From assembly GCA_048885925.1 (NCBI GenBank), contig JBHLLG010000006.1:23030-87029 (forward strand): a stretch of DNA of 64,000 bases, written 5' to 3'. A model generated the notes under the pieces. It worked only from the letters and a program-made list of their open reading frames with translations, was not told where the DNA came from and ran no database searches. Position numbers and translations under genes: made by a program. Positions within the stretch are counted from its first letter, which is position 1, and every line of letters starts with the position of its first letter. This DNA comes from Candidatus Hermodarchaeota archaeon (GTDB taxonomy: Archaea; Asgardarchaeota; Lokiarchaeia; Sigyniarchaeales; SOKP01). Positions 50,001 to 59,802 of the stretch are shown piece after piece.

Positions 50001-50507
50001 ATGGAAAAATTCACCAAAAAATATAAACAAAAATTCGGAATTTCATATGAAGATTATTTTAAAACACGATTCAATGGTATTGTTGAGATCTTAAGAATCT
50101 TAGTACCTCTTATGGATAAAGAGAAAGCTTTAGATATAATCAAAAAACTTTGGGAAAAAAAAGGTATTGAAATAATTGTAAGACAATTAAAAAGCATAAA
50201 ACCTATAAGCAATTTTAAAGAATTTAAAGAAATTTATAAAGATCAGATATCTACAGATTACATGAAACATTGCCTAAATTTTGAAATATTAGAAGATTCA
50301 CCAAACAAGTTAGCATTTAAATTTAAAGAGTGTCTTTGGGCGAAAACATTTTTAGAAATTGACGGTTCTGAAATAGGGTATATTATGTGTTGTCATCCAG
50401 ATTATGCGATGGCTAAAGCCTTTCATCCTAATATTAAATTAATACGTACAAAATGTTTAATGAAAGGTGATGAATTCTGCGATTCTACTTACATTTGGGA
50501 AGAATAG
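50001..50507 (+). CDS. L-2-amino-thiazoline-4-carboxylate hydrolase-like (V4R-like) protein
   Basis: ECLWAKTF, CCHPD and RTKCLMKGDEFCD. Confidence 0.8.
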   Translation: MEKFTKKYKQKFGISYEDYFKTRFNGIVEILRILVPLMDKEKALDIIKKLWEKKGIEIIVRQLKSIKPISNFKEFKEIYKDQISTDYMKHCLNFEILEDSPNKLAFKFKECLWAKTFLEIDGSEIGYIMCCHPDYAMAKAFHPNIKLIRTKCLMKGDEFCDSTYIWEE

Positions 50508-50556
50508 ACTACTATGGATAATAACAATTATAATACATCATATTATATAAATAAAT

Positions 50557-51024
50557 TTATCCTACTCCATGTTTATTTGCATAAATAGAACACCCTAATT
50601 GTAAAAAGTACGTGATCCCTGTAATCAATCCATATATTAGTCCTAATGTCCATGTTAAGCCCCACATTAATATTATGCTAACATAATAAAGAGTGAGAAA
50701 GGGGATTAAAATTCTATAATTCCTAGGGTTGCGAAACTCCGTTTTTTTAATATAATCAACTATTATATCAAATATAATAAATGTAAGAAAAAGTGAAGGA
50801 AATAACCAAAACCACCATTCTCGTTTAAGATAGATATTAAGAACGATTATTATTAAGATTGGGATCCCAAGTGTATTGTATGCAATACTAAAATTAGATT
50901 CTATTCCTGGTTTTTTCACTCGAAATATGAAAATGATTGATATTAAAAAATTTGAAATGTTTATGATAAGAAATAAAAGCAAATCTAGAAGATAATAACT
51001 CATAATAAAAATTATATTCTGCAT
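50557..51024 (-). CDS. Hypothetical membrane protein
   Basis: About 5 TM segments and a DYIKKTEFR loop. Confidence 0.7.
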   Translation of the reverse strand: MQNIIFIMSYYLLDLLLFLIINISNFLISIIFIFRVKKPGIESNFSIAYNTLGIPILIIIVLNIYLKREWWFWLFPSLFLTFIIFDIIVDYIKKTEFRNPRNYRILIPFLTLYYVSIILMWGLTWTLGLIYGLITGITYFLQLGCSIYANKHGVG

Positions 51025-51076
51025 TCTGTTAAATTTTTTATTAAAAAATGAAATTTAAACAAAATCGATAATTATT

Positions 51077-51958
51077 ATGTTAGAAAATTCTAAAATAATT
51101 GTAGATCTAGATTCTTGTACTAAATGTAAAGCCTGTGTAGATGAGTGTAATTATTATTATTTTGATTCAGATGTTTTATGTTTGAAAGATGAAGCAGATA
51201 AATTTTGTATTGAGTGCGGAAAATGCGTCGCTGTTTGTCCCACAAATGCTATACGTCTAAAAATTCATAAAGATAAGGTTCTTAGAGATGTACCTACTAT
51301 AGAATATTTACCATCTTTTGAATCTTTATCTAACCTTTTTCAAACAAGGAGATCTCGAAGGCAATTTAAAGATAAAACTGTTCCAAAAGAATTAATTGAG
51401 AAAATATTGGACGTAGCCGGAAGATATTCTGCTACAGCTGATAATCAAGAAAATGTTTATTTTACTGTAGTTCAAGATCGTCAAATACTCGAAAAATTAA
51501 GTAATGAAATGAACAATCAAGTTAAGACTCTTGTTGAAACTTACGAAGATCCACAAGGAAGAAAAACCTTAGAAAATTTTTTCCCACCAGAACTTATCAA
51601 GAAACTTGAAGATGTCCTTCCTTCATTTAAAAGAAGACTAATTAGAATAAAAAAAGGTGAAGAAGTCTGGCGTTGGGACGCTGAACTTATTATAATTCAT
51701 TCTCCTAAAAATACATTTGCCTTAGAAGAAAATTGTACATTAGCTGCATGTCAAATTATGTTAGCTGCTGAACTATTAGAATTAGGAACGTGTTCATTAG
51801 GATATATCAACAATTTTATCAACATTTTTAGATCGGTGGCAAAAATAGTAAAGCTTCCAGTTAAACATGTTGCTGGATATACATTAGCAATTGGATATCC
51901 AAAAGCTCGTTATTATAGAATTCCTGCACGAAAGTCCCTAAAAGTTAAATGGTTTTAG
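51077..51958 (+). CDS. Nitroreductase family protein with N-terminal ferredoxin domain
   Basis: CxxCxxCxxxC twice; TRRSRRQF; LGTCSLG. Confidence 0.9.
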   Translation: MLENSKIIVDLDSCTKCKACVDECNYYYFDSDVLCLKDEADKFCIECGKCVAVCPTNAIRLKIHKDKVLRDVPTIEYLPSFESLSNLFQTRRSRRQFKDKTVPKELIEKILDVAGRYSATADNQENVYFTVVQDRQILEKLSNEMNNQVKTLVETYEDPQGRKTLENFFPPELIKKLEDVLPSFKRRLIRIKKGEEVWRWDAELIIIHSPKNTFALEENCTLAACQIMLAAELLELGTCSLGYINNFINIFRSVAKIVKLPVKHVAGYTLAIGYPKARYYRIPARKSLKVKWF

Positions 51959-52008
51959 AGGATTCAATTTTTATTGAGTCTTAAAAAAATTAAACAAAAA
52001 AACATTAA

Positions 52009-54075
52009 TTAAAATTGGATTTCTGTCCAAACCGCAGGATGATCTGATTCTGGTACATTAATATATCGAGTTTCCAACACAGTAAAAGTAGTGGAAATAA
52101 AAATATGATCTATACGATCTGCTAAATCAAAACTATTACCATCTACTCCTCGCGATAATGCATTTTCCCAAGCATCCTGTAATACAGCAATCGACATATT
52201 ATAATAAATCGTGTTATTTCGAGAATTAAAATCTCCCATAGAAATAACATTAGTTTTACCACTAATACGATTCATTAATGTTTCCATATGAGCCTGTTTT
52301 ACGTCAGCGCTACCAGATGGATGGTTAATGTAGACATTAAATAATATACTACCAACTCTTATTTGAACTTCAGTTGTTCCAACTTCATCTTCATCGCTGT
52401 AAGTAAAGAAGGTTACTGCATTAATAATTGGATATCGAGAAAGAACTGCAGCTCCAAATGTCCCAGTGATTGTTCTTGGACCATAAAAAGAATAATAATT
52501 TAGGCGATTAGCAAAATAACGTACAACATCAGAACTACCATGTGTCATTCTAGCGGTGTCACACTCTTGTAAACCAATTATATCTGGATTTACGCCGTTT
52601 ATAATTTCTAATTGATTATTATAATTTTTCTCTCCAGCAACATTCACACCTTGTTGAATATTATATGTCATTACCTTTACTGAATCAATACCACTTGTAT
52701 CTTGTTCTTTAGGTGGTAATTCCCATATTACTACGGATATGCTAGTTCCAATTAGTAAAAGTACAAGAAATAAAATAATAGTTAATTTATCATAGAAATT
52801 AGTAATGAAAGCTTTGAATTCTATTACCTCTCTTTTGAAGATTAATTTTCCCATAACTGGAATTGTTATTCCTACCAATAAGAAAGGAAGCCAGAATAGA
52901 TTACGAAATAGTTGACTCACAGGTTCAATATAACCCCAGATATTTGTAAATACTAGCATAAACATTACCAGAATGAAAAAAAGACTCCCTACAGAGAATC
53001 CTGCTCCTAACTTTGATGGTCTTGGCTTTTGTCTAATAATTTCCCTAGATAAAAGAGCAAAATCAATAAAGACTATAGGTAATAAGGTTATCATTACAAT
53101 CAATGGAATATAATACCACCAACCAATAGGGTGATTTACAATTACCGGATCCGAGCTTGGACTAGTAGGAAATGGAAAAGAATGAACTGCTGGTGTGAGA
53201 ACAAGTGAAACAATAAATAAACCATTCCATATCCATAATATACGTGAATTTAATTTTCCAAGAATTTCTGGCTTAAAGGTGAGTATAAAGATTGTAGCGG
53301 CAATCATAGCTGCTATAGCAATTGTAATCGCTATGTAATCTCCCTCAGTCCATCTTGAAATAACAGTAGGGCTAATAAAAGCAAAAAAGTTGAGAGTTAA
53401 GATACTTATAATTCCAAGAGATAAAAGTTTAACACCTTTAAATCGAATATTTTTACTACTTTTCTTTTCTTCATGCTGGATTGTTTTGTTTGAGTTTGGA
53501 ATAATATTAGAATCATCATCAATTTTCACTTTAATTCGACCAATTATCGAAAGAATGGCAATAATAGCAATAATCCATCCAATAATTTGAAAAAAGCCAT
53601 AAATTGAAATATCAACAGTAGAATTAAGTGCTCTAAGTGTAATTGAAAGTAAAATAGCTAAAGCAAGCCCAACAGCTAATTTTAGACTTGTTTTTTCTCC
53701 ATTATTCATACTGTTATTCTTTATCGAATGAGAGTAATACACTGGAAAAAAAAGCATAAGACATCCTACACCTATACCTGATGTTATAATTCGAGTGGCC
53801 GAATCCAAAAATGGCGAAATTAAACGTAAAATTATAGCGATTATAGCTACAATTTCAAGACAGTAGTCAGGAATCTTATGTCTAAAACCTAACAAGACAA
53901 TAGGAGTAAATAAAAATAATATTCCAGCAGCTTTTTCATCCAATTCCAAATTTAACAGATCTAACATATAAACTGATTCAATCAAATCACTTAATAGCTG
54001 GAAAAAGAATAGAAACAACACCGTTAATAATATAAGCTCGGAATTAATTTTTCTATAAAAATTTGCGAATTTCAT
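52009..54075 (-). CDS. Polytopic membrane protein with C-terminal EEP (endonuclease/exonuclease/phosphatase) domain, CWH43/PGAP2IP-like
   Basis: Many TM segments, then MTYNI, DIIGLQE, LSRYPI, GDFN, IDHIF and SDH. Confidence 0.8.
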   Translation of the reverse strand: MKFANFYRKINSELILLTVLFLFFFQLLSDLIESVYMLDLLNLELDEKAAGILFLFTPIVLLGFRHKIPDYCLEIVAIIAIILRLISPFLDSATRIITSGIGVGCLMLFFPVYYSHSIKNNSMNNGEKTSLKLAVGLALAILLSITLRALNSTVDISIYGFFQIIGWIIAIIAILSIIGRIKVKIDDDSNIIPNSNKTIQHEEKKSSKNIRFKGVKLLSLGIISILTLNFFAFISPTVISRWTEGDYIAITIAIAAMIAATIFILTFKPEILGKLNSRILWIWNGLFIVSLVLTPAVHSFPFPTSPSSDPVIVNHPIGWWYYIPLIVMITLLPIVFIDFALLSREIIRQKPRPSKLGAGFSVGSLFFILVMFMLVFTNIWGYIEPVSQLFRNLFWLPFLLVGITIPVMGKLIFKREVIEFKAFITNFYDKLTIILFLVLLLIGTSISVVIWELPPKEQDTSGIDSVKVMTYNIQQGVNVAGEKNYNNQLEIINGVNPDIIGLQECDTARMTHGSSDVVRYFANRLNYYSFYGPRTITGTFGAAVLSRYPIINAVTFFTYSDEDEVGTTEVQIRVGSILFNVYINHPSGSADVKQAHMETLMNRISGKTNVISMGDFNSRNNTIYYNMSIAVLQDAWENALSRGVDGNSFDLADRIDHIFISTTFTVLETRYINVPESDHPAVWTEIQF

Positions 54076-54312
54076 GATTTATGATTTCATTTTTAGACTT
54101 TATAAATATTCTCACAAAACAGTATAATTCCCAAATTCAATTTAAAATAAAAAATCATGATTTTTTTTGACTTATTGAACCTACATTTTCACAAAATAAA
54201 GATTGAAATTAATTTTTAATTAATAGATTTATTTTGACTTAAAAATCTATACAAATCATTTAATCTCTCAATAATAAAGAAAAAAATAGATATTTAGTTA
54301 TTTAAATAGTTA

Positions 54313-54411
54313 TTATTTTTTAGCAGGACCTTTTTTTTTCGCGGGAGCCTTTTTTTTAGCTGGAGCTTTTTTAGCTGGAGCTTTTTTAGCAGGAGCTTTC
54401 TTTTTTGCCAT
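54313..54411 (-). CDS. 32-aa Lys/Ala/Pro-rich histone-H1-tail-like microprotein
   Basis: Manual translation MAKKKAPAKKAPAKKAPAKKKAPAKKKGPAKK with tandem TAA TAA stops; synonymous variation between repeats; SD-like AAGGAGA upstream. Confidence 0.8.
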   Translation of the reverse strand: MAKKKAPAKKAPAKKAPAKKKAPAKKKGPAKK

Positions 54412-54422
54412 TTTATTATACG

Positions 54423-54429
54423 TCTCCTT
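54423..54429 (-). promoter_or_regulatory. Shine-Dalgarno-like site AAGGAGA for the PAKK microprotein
   Basis: 11 nt upstream of the ATG at 54411. Confidence 0.6.
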
Positions 54430-54692
54430 AAAGTTTATTTAATTCATTAAATGATTAAGTTTTCGTAATTTATCACTAGTTTAACTTTTAAACATTACTA
54501 TTTTATTTTACTGGATGATTAATAAGTTGGAATAATCTAGAAAAAATCATAAATAGAATATAAAAAACTGTATATGTTATAAAAAGATACACTACTTAAT
54601 CCATTATACCGTTAAAGTAAACCATGAAATTAGACTTTATAGAAACGATATTAAAAATAAAATTTTTTATAGTTTCTAAATATTCAGAATTT

Positions 54693-55643
54693 TTAACTAT
54701 TGTTTATTTCCTTTACGTTTTTTAAAACAAAGAATAGTGCCCCTAATTCTCCAGTAATAGGAATATTTTCAGAAACAACATTATAATTTTGGTCGTAAAT
54801 TGCAACTAGTTTAAATCCATTACTTTCAAAAAACCATTTAAATTCATCAAATAACCATAAACGGAGTTCATGGCTTTCCTCTAAAACAATTTTTTTTCCA
54901 TTCTCAACAACGACCATCTGAAAATCAACATGTCGTATTCGACGCTCCAAATCGTACCAATTAATAGCCCATGTTAATTCAAGTTCCAAATCCTTCTCTT
55001 TGATGCTCCATGTATCATCAAACTTCTTCTCATTTCTTAAGTTATCACATTTACAACTAATTTCAACAATGTAAAGACCTCCTTTTTTAATAGATTTATT
55101 CATTGCCTTAAAATGTGAAATAATTTCTTCGTCATTTCTTAAATATCCTAAACTATTTATACAAATAAAAGCAGCGTCAAACTCATTATCGAATTCTACA
55201 TTTTTCATGTTCCCTACTATAGCATTAGCTTGATTAATAGATAGACCACATTTATTTAAACGCTCTATAGAATAATTTACCATGGCAGGATTTAAATCAT
55301 ACCCCAAACTATAATAACCGTATTGAGGTAAAATTTCTAAAAACATGCCTGGTCCACATGCTGGCTCTAAGATCTTCTTAACCGTGATATCAGAATATTG
55401 TTGAAAGCATTTCTCGAAAAAATTAATGTCACTTCTTACATCTCTAGTAAATGCTTTATCATAATATTTTGGAAAGTTGTAAAATTCATGAGTTTTTATA
55501 TCAGTTATGATAACTGTTGGTCCAGAATCCTCCAAATGACCTTTATGGGATATAACTTCAACATTCTGAGAAGAATTATTCGCCTGTAAATTGTTTGTAT
55601 TATGTAAAATGTTACAATCCTTTTTCTCAATATTATTTATCAT
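54693..55643 (-). CDS. Class I SAM-dependent methyltransferase
   Basis: ILEPACGPG, GYDLN, FDAAF and IKKGGLYIV; N-terminal extension uncertain. Confidence 0.9.
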   Translation of the reverse strand: MINNIEKKDCNILHNTNNLQANNSSQNVEVISHKGHLEDSGPTVIITDIKTHEFYNFPKYYDKAFTRDVRSDINFFEKCFQQYSDITVKKILEPACGPGMFLEILPQYGYYSLGYDLNPAMVNYSIERLNKCGLSINQANAIVGNMKNVEFDNEFDAAFICINSLGYLRNDEEIISHFKAMNKSIKKGGLYIVEISCKCDNLRNEKKFDDTWSIKEKDLELELTWAINWYDLERRIRHVDFQMVVVENGKKIVLEESHELRLWLFDEFKWFFESNGFKLVAIYDQNYNVVSENIPITGELGALFFVLKNVKEINNS

Positions 55644-56001
55644 TTTTAAATCCTCAACTCTAATAATTATATTTTATACAAAATTACCCTATTTCTATAA
55701 TACTTTTTTTAGATTGAAAAATAAATTAAAATTTTTTTAGAACTGTTTGTATTTCCTAATTTAATTTATAGAATGAGTTTTTTTGGTTAGTTCTTAAGGT
55801 TACATTCAATGTATTCAAGTATTAAAACTTTTTCCAATTCATAAGAAAAAGAAATAGATTAAGGAATTTTTTAAATTATTATATTTTTTTAAGAATTAAC
55901 CATTTTTTTAAAGATAATTAGAAAAAAAACGTGAGATAAGAATTTCTGATTCCTTAAATGATCTTAGCATTCATATTGAAGAAAAACTCAAAAAGAAAAC
56001 T

Positions 56002-57330
56002 ATGCAATTCTCAATAGCAGAAGGATCTTTTGGAGTTTTTAGTAGCGTTTTAGCTGATAATTACATTGTTCCTTTCTCCCTTAGCATAAATTCTTCACCA
56101 TTTCAAGTAGGTTTATTATCTTCCTTAGGTAATTTAATATCTCCAGTAGGACAAATGATTGGCTCAAGTCAAATTGAAATAAAACCACGCAGGCTTATTT
56201 TGATTAGAGGAATTTTAGGACAAGCTTGTATGTGGCCTTTATTCTTAATAATTGCCATCTTATATCAATTTAGTATTTTCAAATTATTTCTCCCATGGTT
56301 ATTGATATCAACATTTCTTATTTATATGTTATTCACAGGAATTATGACCCCTCCATGGTTCTCAGTTATGGGAGATGTAGTTCCTGAGAATTACAGAGGT
56401 AGATATTTTGCCAAAAGAAATTTAATCACCCAATCAATAGCAATAATAGGAGTTCTTTTATTATCAATTTTACTAGATTGGTTTAATTCTCACGAAATCT
56501 TATATTATGGATTTATAGTAATATTTATTTTTGGTCTTCTTACTCGTTTGATGTCTGCTTTTTTCTATACTAAACATTATTATCCACAATTTACTTTTGA
56601 GACTAAGGATCACATAAAAATAAGTCAGTTTATTAAAGAACTTCCAAAAAGCAATTTTGGAAAATTTACTTTATTTGTATCCTTATTAACTCTGGGACAA
56701 TGGATTGCAAAGCCATTTTTTTCAGTATATATGCTCACACAATTAAATTTTGAATACTCAATTTTTATGATAATCAATTTGGGATCAACCATAATAGGGC
56801 TTATAATCTTTCCAATTTTCGGTAAATTTTCTGATAAATTCGGTAATGTGAAGTTACTCCGCATTGGAGCAGTAATTATACCTATTTTACCATTTTTCTG
56901 GATTATCTATACGACCCCTCTCCAAATCTTTTTGGGAATTCAAATTCTTAGTGGTATAGCATGGACGGCATTTAATTTAGCCTCGTCAAACTTCATTTAC
57001 GATAATATTATATCAAAAAAACGAGGAAAGTATATTGCTATATATAACTCTTTAATAGGGTTAGCAATTGTTATAGGAGGTCTTCTTGGAAGTATCCTTA
57101 TTAGTTTTATTCCAATTTATTTTATGAATTCCTTTCATTTCATATTTATGTTATCTGGAATTATCCGAATTGTTGTTGCAATTTTATTTTTATTTAGAAT
57201 TAAAGAAGTTAGAGTATTAAGTAAACCTATCTTAAATGTAAAAGATTTGAGTATTTCAAAATGGTTATATGATATTACACTTCGTGGTAAATCATTAAAA
57301 AAAAAAAACAGAAATAAAAATCAAAATTAA
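56002..57330 (+). CDS. MFS transporter
   Basis: About 12 TM segments; GDVVPENYRGRYF and GKFSDKFGN. Confidence 0.9.
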   Translation: MQFSIAEGSFGVFSSVLADNYIVPFSLSINSSPFQVGLLSSLGNLISPVGQMIGSSQIEIKPRRLILIRGILGQACMWPLFLIIAILYQFSIFKLFLPWLLISTFLIYMLFTGIMTPPWFSVMGDVVPENYRGRYFAKRNLITQSIAIIGVLLLSILLDWFNSHEILYYGFIVIFIFGLLTRLMSAFFYTKHYYPQFTFETKDHIKISQFIKELPKSNFGKFTLFVSLLTLGQWIAKPFFSVYMLTQLNFEYSIFMIINLGSTIIGLIIFPIFGKFSDKFGNVKLLRIGAVIIPILPFFWIIYTTPLQIFLGIQILSGIAWTAFNLASSNFIYDNIISKKRGKYIAIYNSLIGLAIVIGGLLGSILISFIPIYFMNSFHFIFMLSGIIRIVVAILFLFRIKEVRVLSKPILNVKDLSISKWLYDITLRGKSLKKKNRNKNQN

Positions 57331-57414
57331 AACTGATTGTTTTTCTTTATGATTCTATCTAAAATTAATTAAGTTATAGTATTTCTAATATAAAAATAAT
57401 AAAATTAATTATGA

Positions 57415-57630
57415 TTAGAAACCTGTGGCGAGCATTACGTTCTTAGCTTTTATTATTGCTGCTACTTCTTTCCCTTCTTTTAATTTCATCTTTTCTGCTG
57501 ATACTTTTGTTATTACAGAACTTATTACAATGCCCCCTGACAATTCCACTATAATTTCAGAATTAATATTACCGTGCCTTACCTGTTTTACTTTTCCTTT
57601 TAAAACGTTTCTTGCACTTATCTCTGGCAT
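57415..57630 (-). CDS. Molybdate-binding Mop/TOBE protein
   Basis: ISARNVLKGKV..SVITKVS..AIIKA. Confidence 0.92.
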   Translation of the reverse strand: MPEISARNVLKGKVKQVRHGNINSEIIVELSGGIVISSVITKVSAEKMKLKEGKEVAAIIKAKNVMLATGF

Positions 57631-57955
57631 GATATTTAAAGATTTATTATTGTTTATACTTATTTTTATCTTAAATCATTGTAATTTAATAGAGGAATAT
57701 AATTCATTCTACTATATTATCATTGGGATCTTCTTTTTCTCCATGATAAAAGACCATTATAGAAAAAAGGAACATTCTTTAATTAAAGAATACAAGGATC
57801 TATATTAAATGAAATGTGAAAGTGAATACGTCCAAGACGTTAAGAATTAAATTCACCAAATTAAAATCCAAATTTCATCTAATAATAAAATAGATTAAAT
57901 ATAACTGTTATGTTTCATTATTTAGATATTAATATTAAAAATAATAGATATTAAT

Positions 57956-58345
57956 ATGAATCTAATAGATAAGATTGAGAGAAACTCTATCCCAAGTGAA
58001 GTAATTGGGAAATATTTTGCTTTAAATAAAGCTCAGGATAAACAAATCCAAGGTTGGATTACAATTAACAAAAGTTTAAAAGAATTTATTAAATCTATTA
58101 AAGAAGAAATTGAATATGAATGGGATTTGGAAAGAATTTTCATTGAAAATTATCTAATGTTTTATATTAATACCGATGACAATGCTATGATAGAAATTAA
58201 AGATGATAAAACTTTAAACGCCTTAAGAAGAAATAAAAAGATTTTCATTGTCATTCTAGATAAAATGATCCCTTTTAAAACAATTAAAGATATCCCAATC
58301 CTACATAAATGGTATCTAGATAATCTTGTGAATTATGACATTTAA
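57956..58345 (+). CDS. Hypothetical protein (possible beta-grasp/PB1-like fold)
   Basis: 129-aa ORF; FYINTDDNAMIEIKDDKTL loosely resembles a PB1 OPCA loop. Confidence 0.6.
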   Translation: MNLIDKIERNSIPSEVIGKYFALNKAQDKQIQGWITINKSLKEFIKSIKEEIEYEWDLERIFIENYLMFYINTDDNAMIEIKDDKTLNALRRNKKIFIVILDKMIPFKTIKDIPILHKWYLDNLVNYDI

Positions 58346-58408
58346 TTCCTTTTCCTATTTAACCTCCAAGATTAGTGTTCAAATTTATTATTATTTAAAT
58401 ATAACTTA

Positions 58409-59722
58409 TTGTATTTATTATACATCATTTTAAAACAAATTAAAATGATCAAAATGAGTGAAATAAAATTTAATAAAAATGAAACTAATGATGAAAATTC
58501 AGAAAAGGTTGAAAAAAGTTCTTTTCTTTATCGAAGGAAACCCGTTCATTTGTATACAGAAAGTTCAGATGATAAATTCGATGTAATTGTACCAAAAAAA
58601 AATATTATCATTTTTGTAGCAATTTTTCTAGTACTCTTCTTTATACAATTTATATACTTCAGTGGTCTTTATTATAAGCTTTTATTTCCGAATGAACCTT
58701 ATAATCCTGGGGAATTCTATTGGTGGGCACCTTTAGCCTTTATTGCAATTGCTATTATTCCTATATTAGCTTGGGGTCAAATTGGGGCTCGATTTGCCTC
58801 TAGAAGCATGGTAAAGTATTTAAGAAAAACTGTGTCGAAAAAAAGACCGAAACCTGCTGAAATTCTTTTAGGATATCCTCTTAGAACCAAAGATATCTAT
58901 TATCTTGAAACCTTTCCCATGGATTTAAATTTAGGGAAAGGATTTGCTAGCATAAAGGTGTTCATCAAGAGACTGTTGAATGTATTATTCCTTTCTATGG
59001 GTATGAGTGTTGTTCTTTCTCAGGTAGTAGCACCATATATTTATGCACCAGTTAGTGAGTGGGATCCTGATTTGTATTTTAATATCGAGGAAATGATCAT
59101 TGATCTTACGATTTATTTGGGTCCGTTTACTTTACTGATCCTCATGTTCGTTATGCCTGTTTTTTGGGTTGCTGAGGATACTCAAGCCTACCGAGTTAAC
59201 GAGTATCAAGACTCTGTGCGTTTAGGTTATTACTTAAGAACTGGAATTTTAAGTAAAATTCTCGGATTCTTTGGATTAGTTATTGTATATAATCTAGCTC
59301 AAGAATTTGCATCCGCTCTCTTAGCTGAAGGTGAAGCAATTGAACCATCGCTTTTAATGAGTTCTCCAGGACTTGCCATTCAAGTATATACCACAACCTT
59401 TATATGGTTTGGTATTATACTCGGAATGTGTGCAGCAATTCCATTTTTAGTTACACTGGTATATTTATCAATCTTTCATGAAAGATGGGTAAATAACGTA
59501 AGAATTAAGGCAAGCGAATTTATGGATCTCGGTACATTAGAAGTCCGAGAACCCTCGAAAGTCAATTTACAGTATATGGAAAATCCTAAGATGATCGATG
59601 AAACTGGTGGGTTCTTTCAAACTAAACTTGGAAGAGTAACTCTTATTATATTAATTATAGTCGCAGCCTTAATTTGCTTTTACCTTTCATTTATATTGGG
59701 TTTCGAAGAAGCTTTATTTTAG
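58409..59722 (+). CDS. Hypothetical polytopic membrane protein (start probably a downstream ATG)
   Basis: About 7 TM segments; no family recognised. Confidence 0.75.
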   Translation: MYLLYIILKQIKMIKMSEIKFNKNETNDENSEKVEKSSFLYRRKPVHLYTESSDDKFDVIVPKKNIIIFVAIFLVLFFIQFIYFSGLYYKLLFPNEPYNPGEFYWWAPLAFIAIAIIPILAWGQIGARFASRSMVKYLRKTVSKKRPKPAEILLGYPLRTKDIYYLETFPMDLNLGKGFASIKVFIKRLLNVLFLSMGMSVVLSQVVAPYIYAPVSEWDPDLYFNIEEMIIDLTIYLGPFTLLILMFVMPVFWVAEDTQAYRVNEYQDSVRLGYYLRTGILSKILGFFGLVIVYNLAQEFASALLAEGEAIEPSLLMSSPGLAIQVYTTTFIWFGIILGMCAAIPFLVTLVYLSIFHERWVNNVRIKASEFMDLGTLEVREPSKVNLQYMENPKMIDETGGFFQTKLGRVTLIILIIVAALICFYLSFILGFEEALF

Positions 59723-59802
59723 TAAAATTGCATAATCCCTAAATTTTTTTTCTTTCACTTTTTTAATTAAATAAGTTCTTATTCAATCTCTGTTATTTTT
59801 TT

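Noticed and set aside
54313-54411. Reading the PAKK region as a non-coding tandem repeat or terminator
   Set aside because: Variation is at synonymous positions or in whole codons, and there is an ATG, an SD-like site and a double stop.
5241-57808. Many short ORFs in the track (e.g. 5241, 7172, 8186, 11151, 12493, 18116, 22714, 23713, 27137, 40496, 43706, 49552, 56625, 57425)
   Set aside because: They are antisense or off-frame shadows of well-supported genes, with no motifs of their own.
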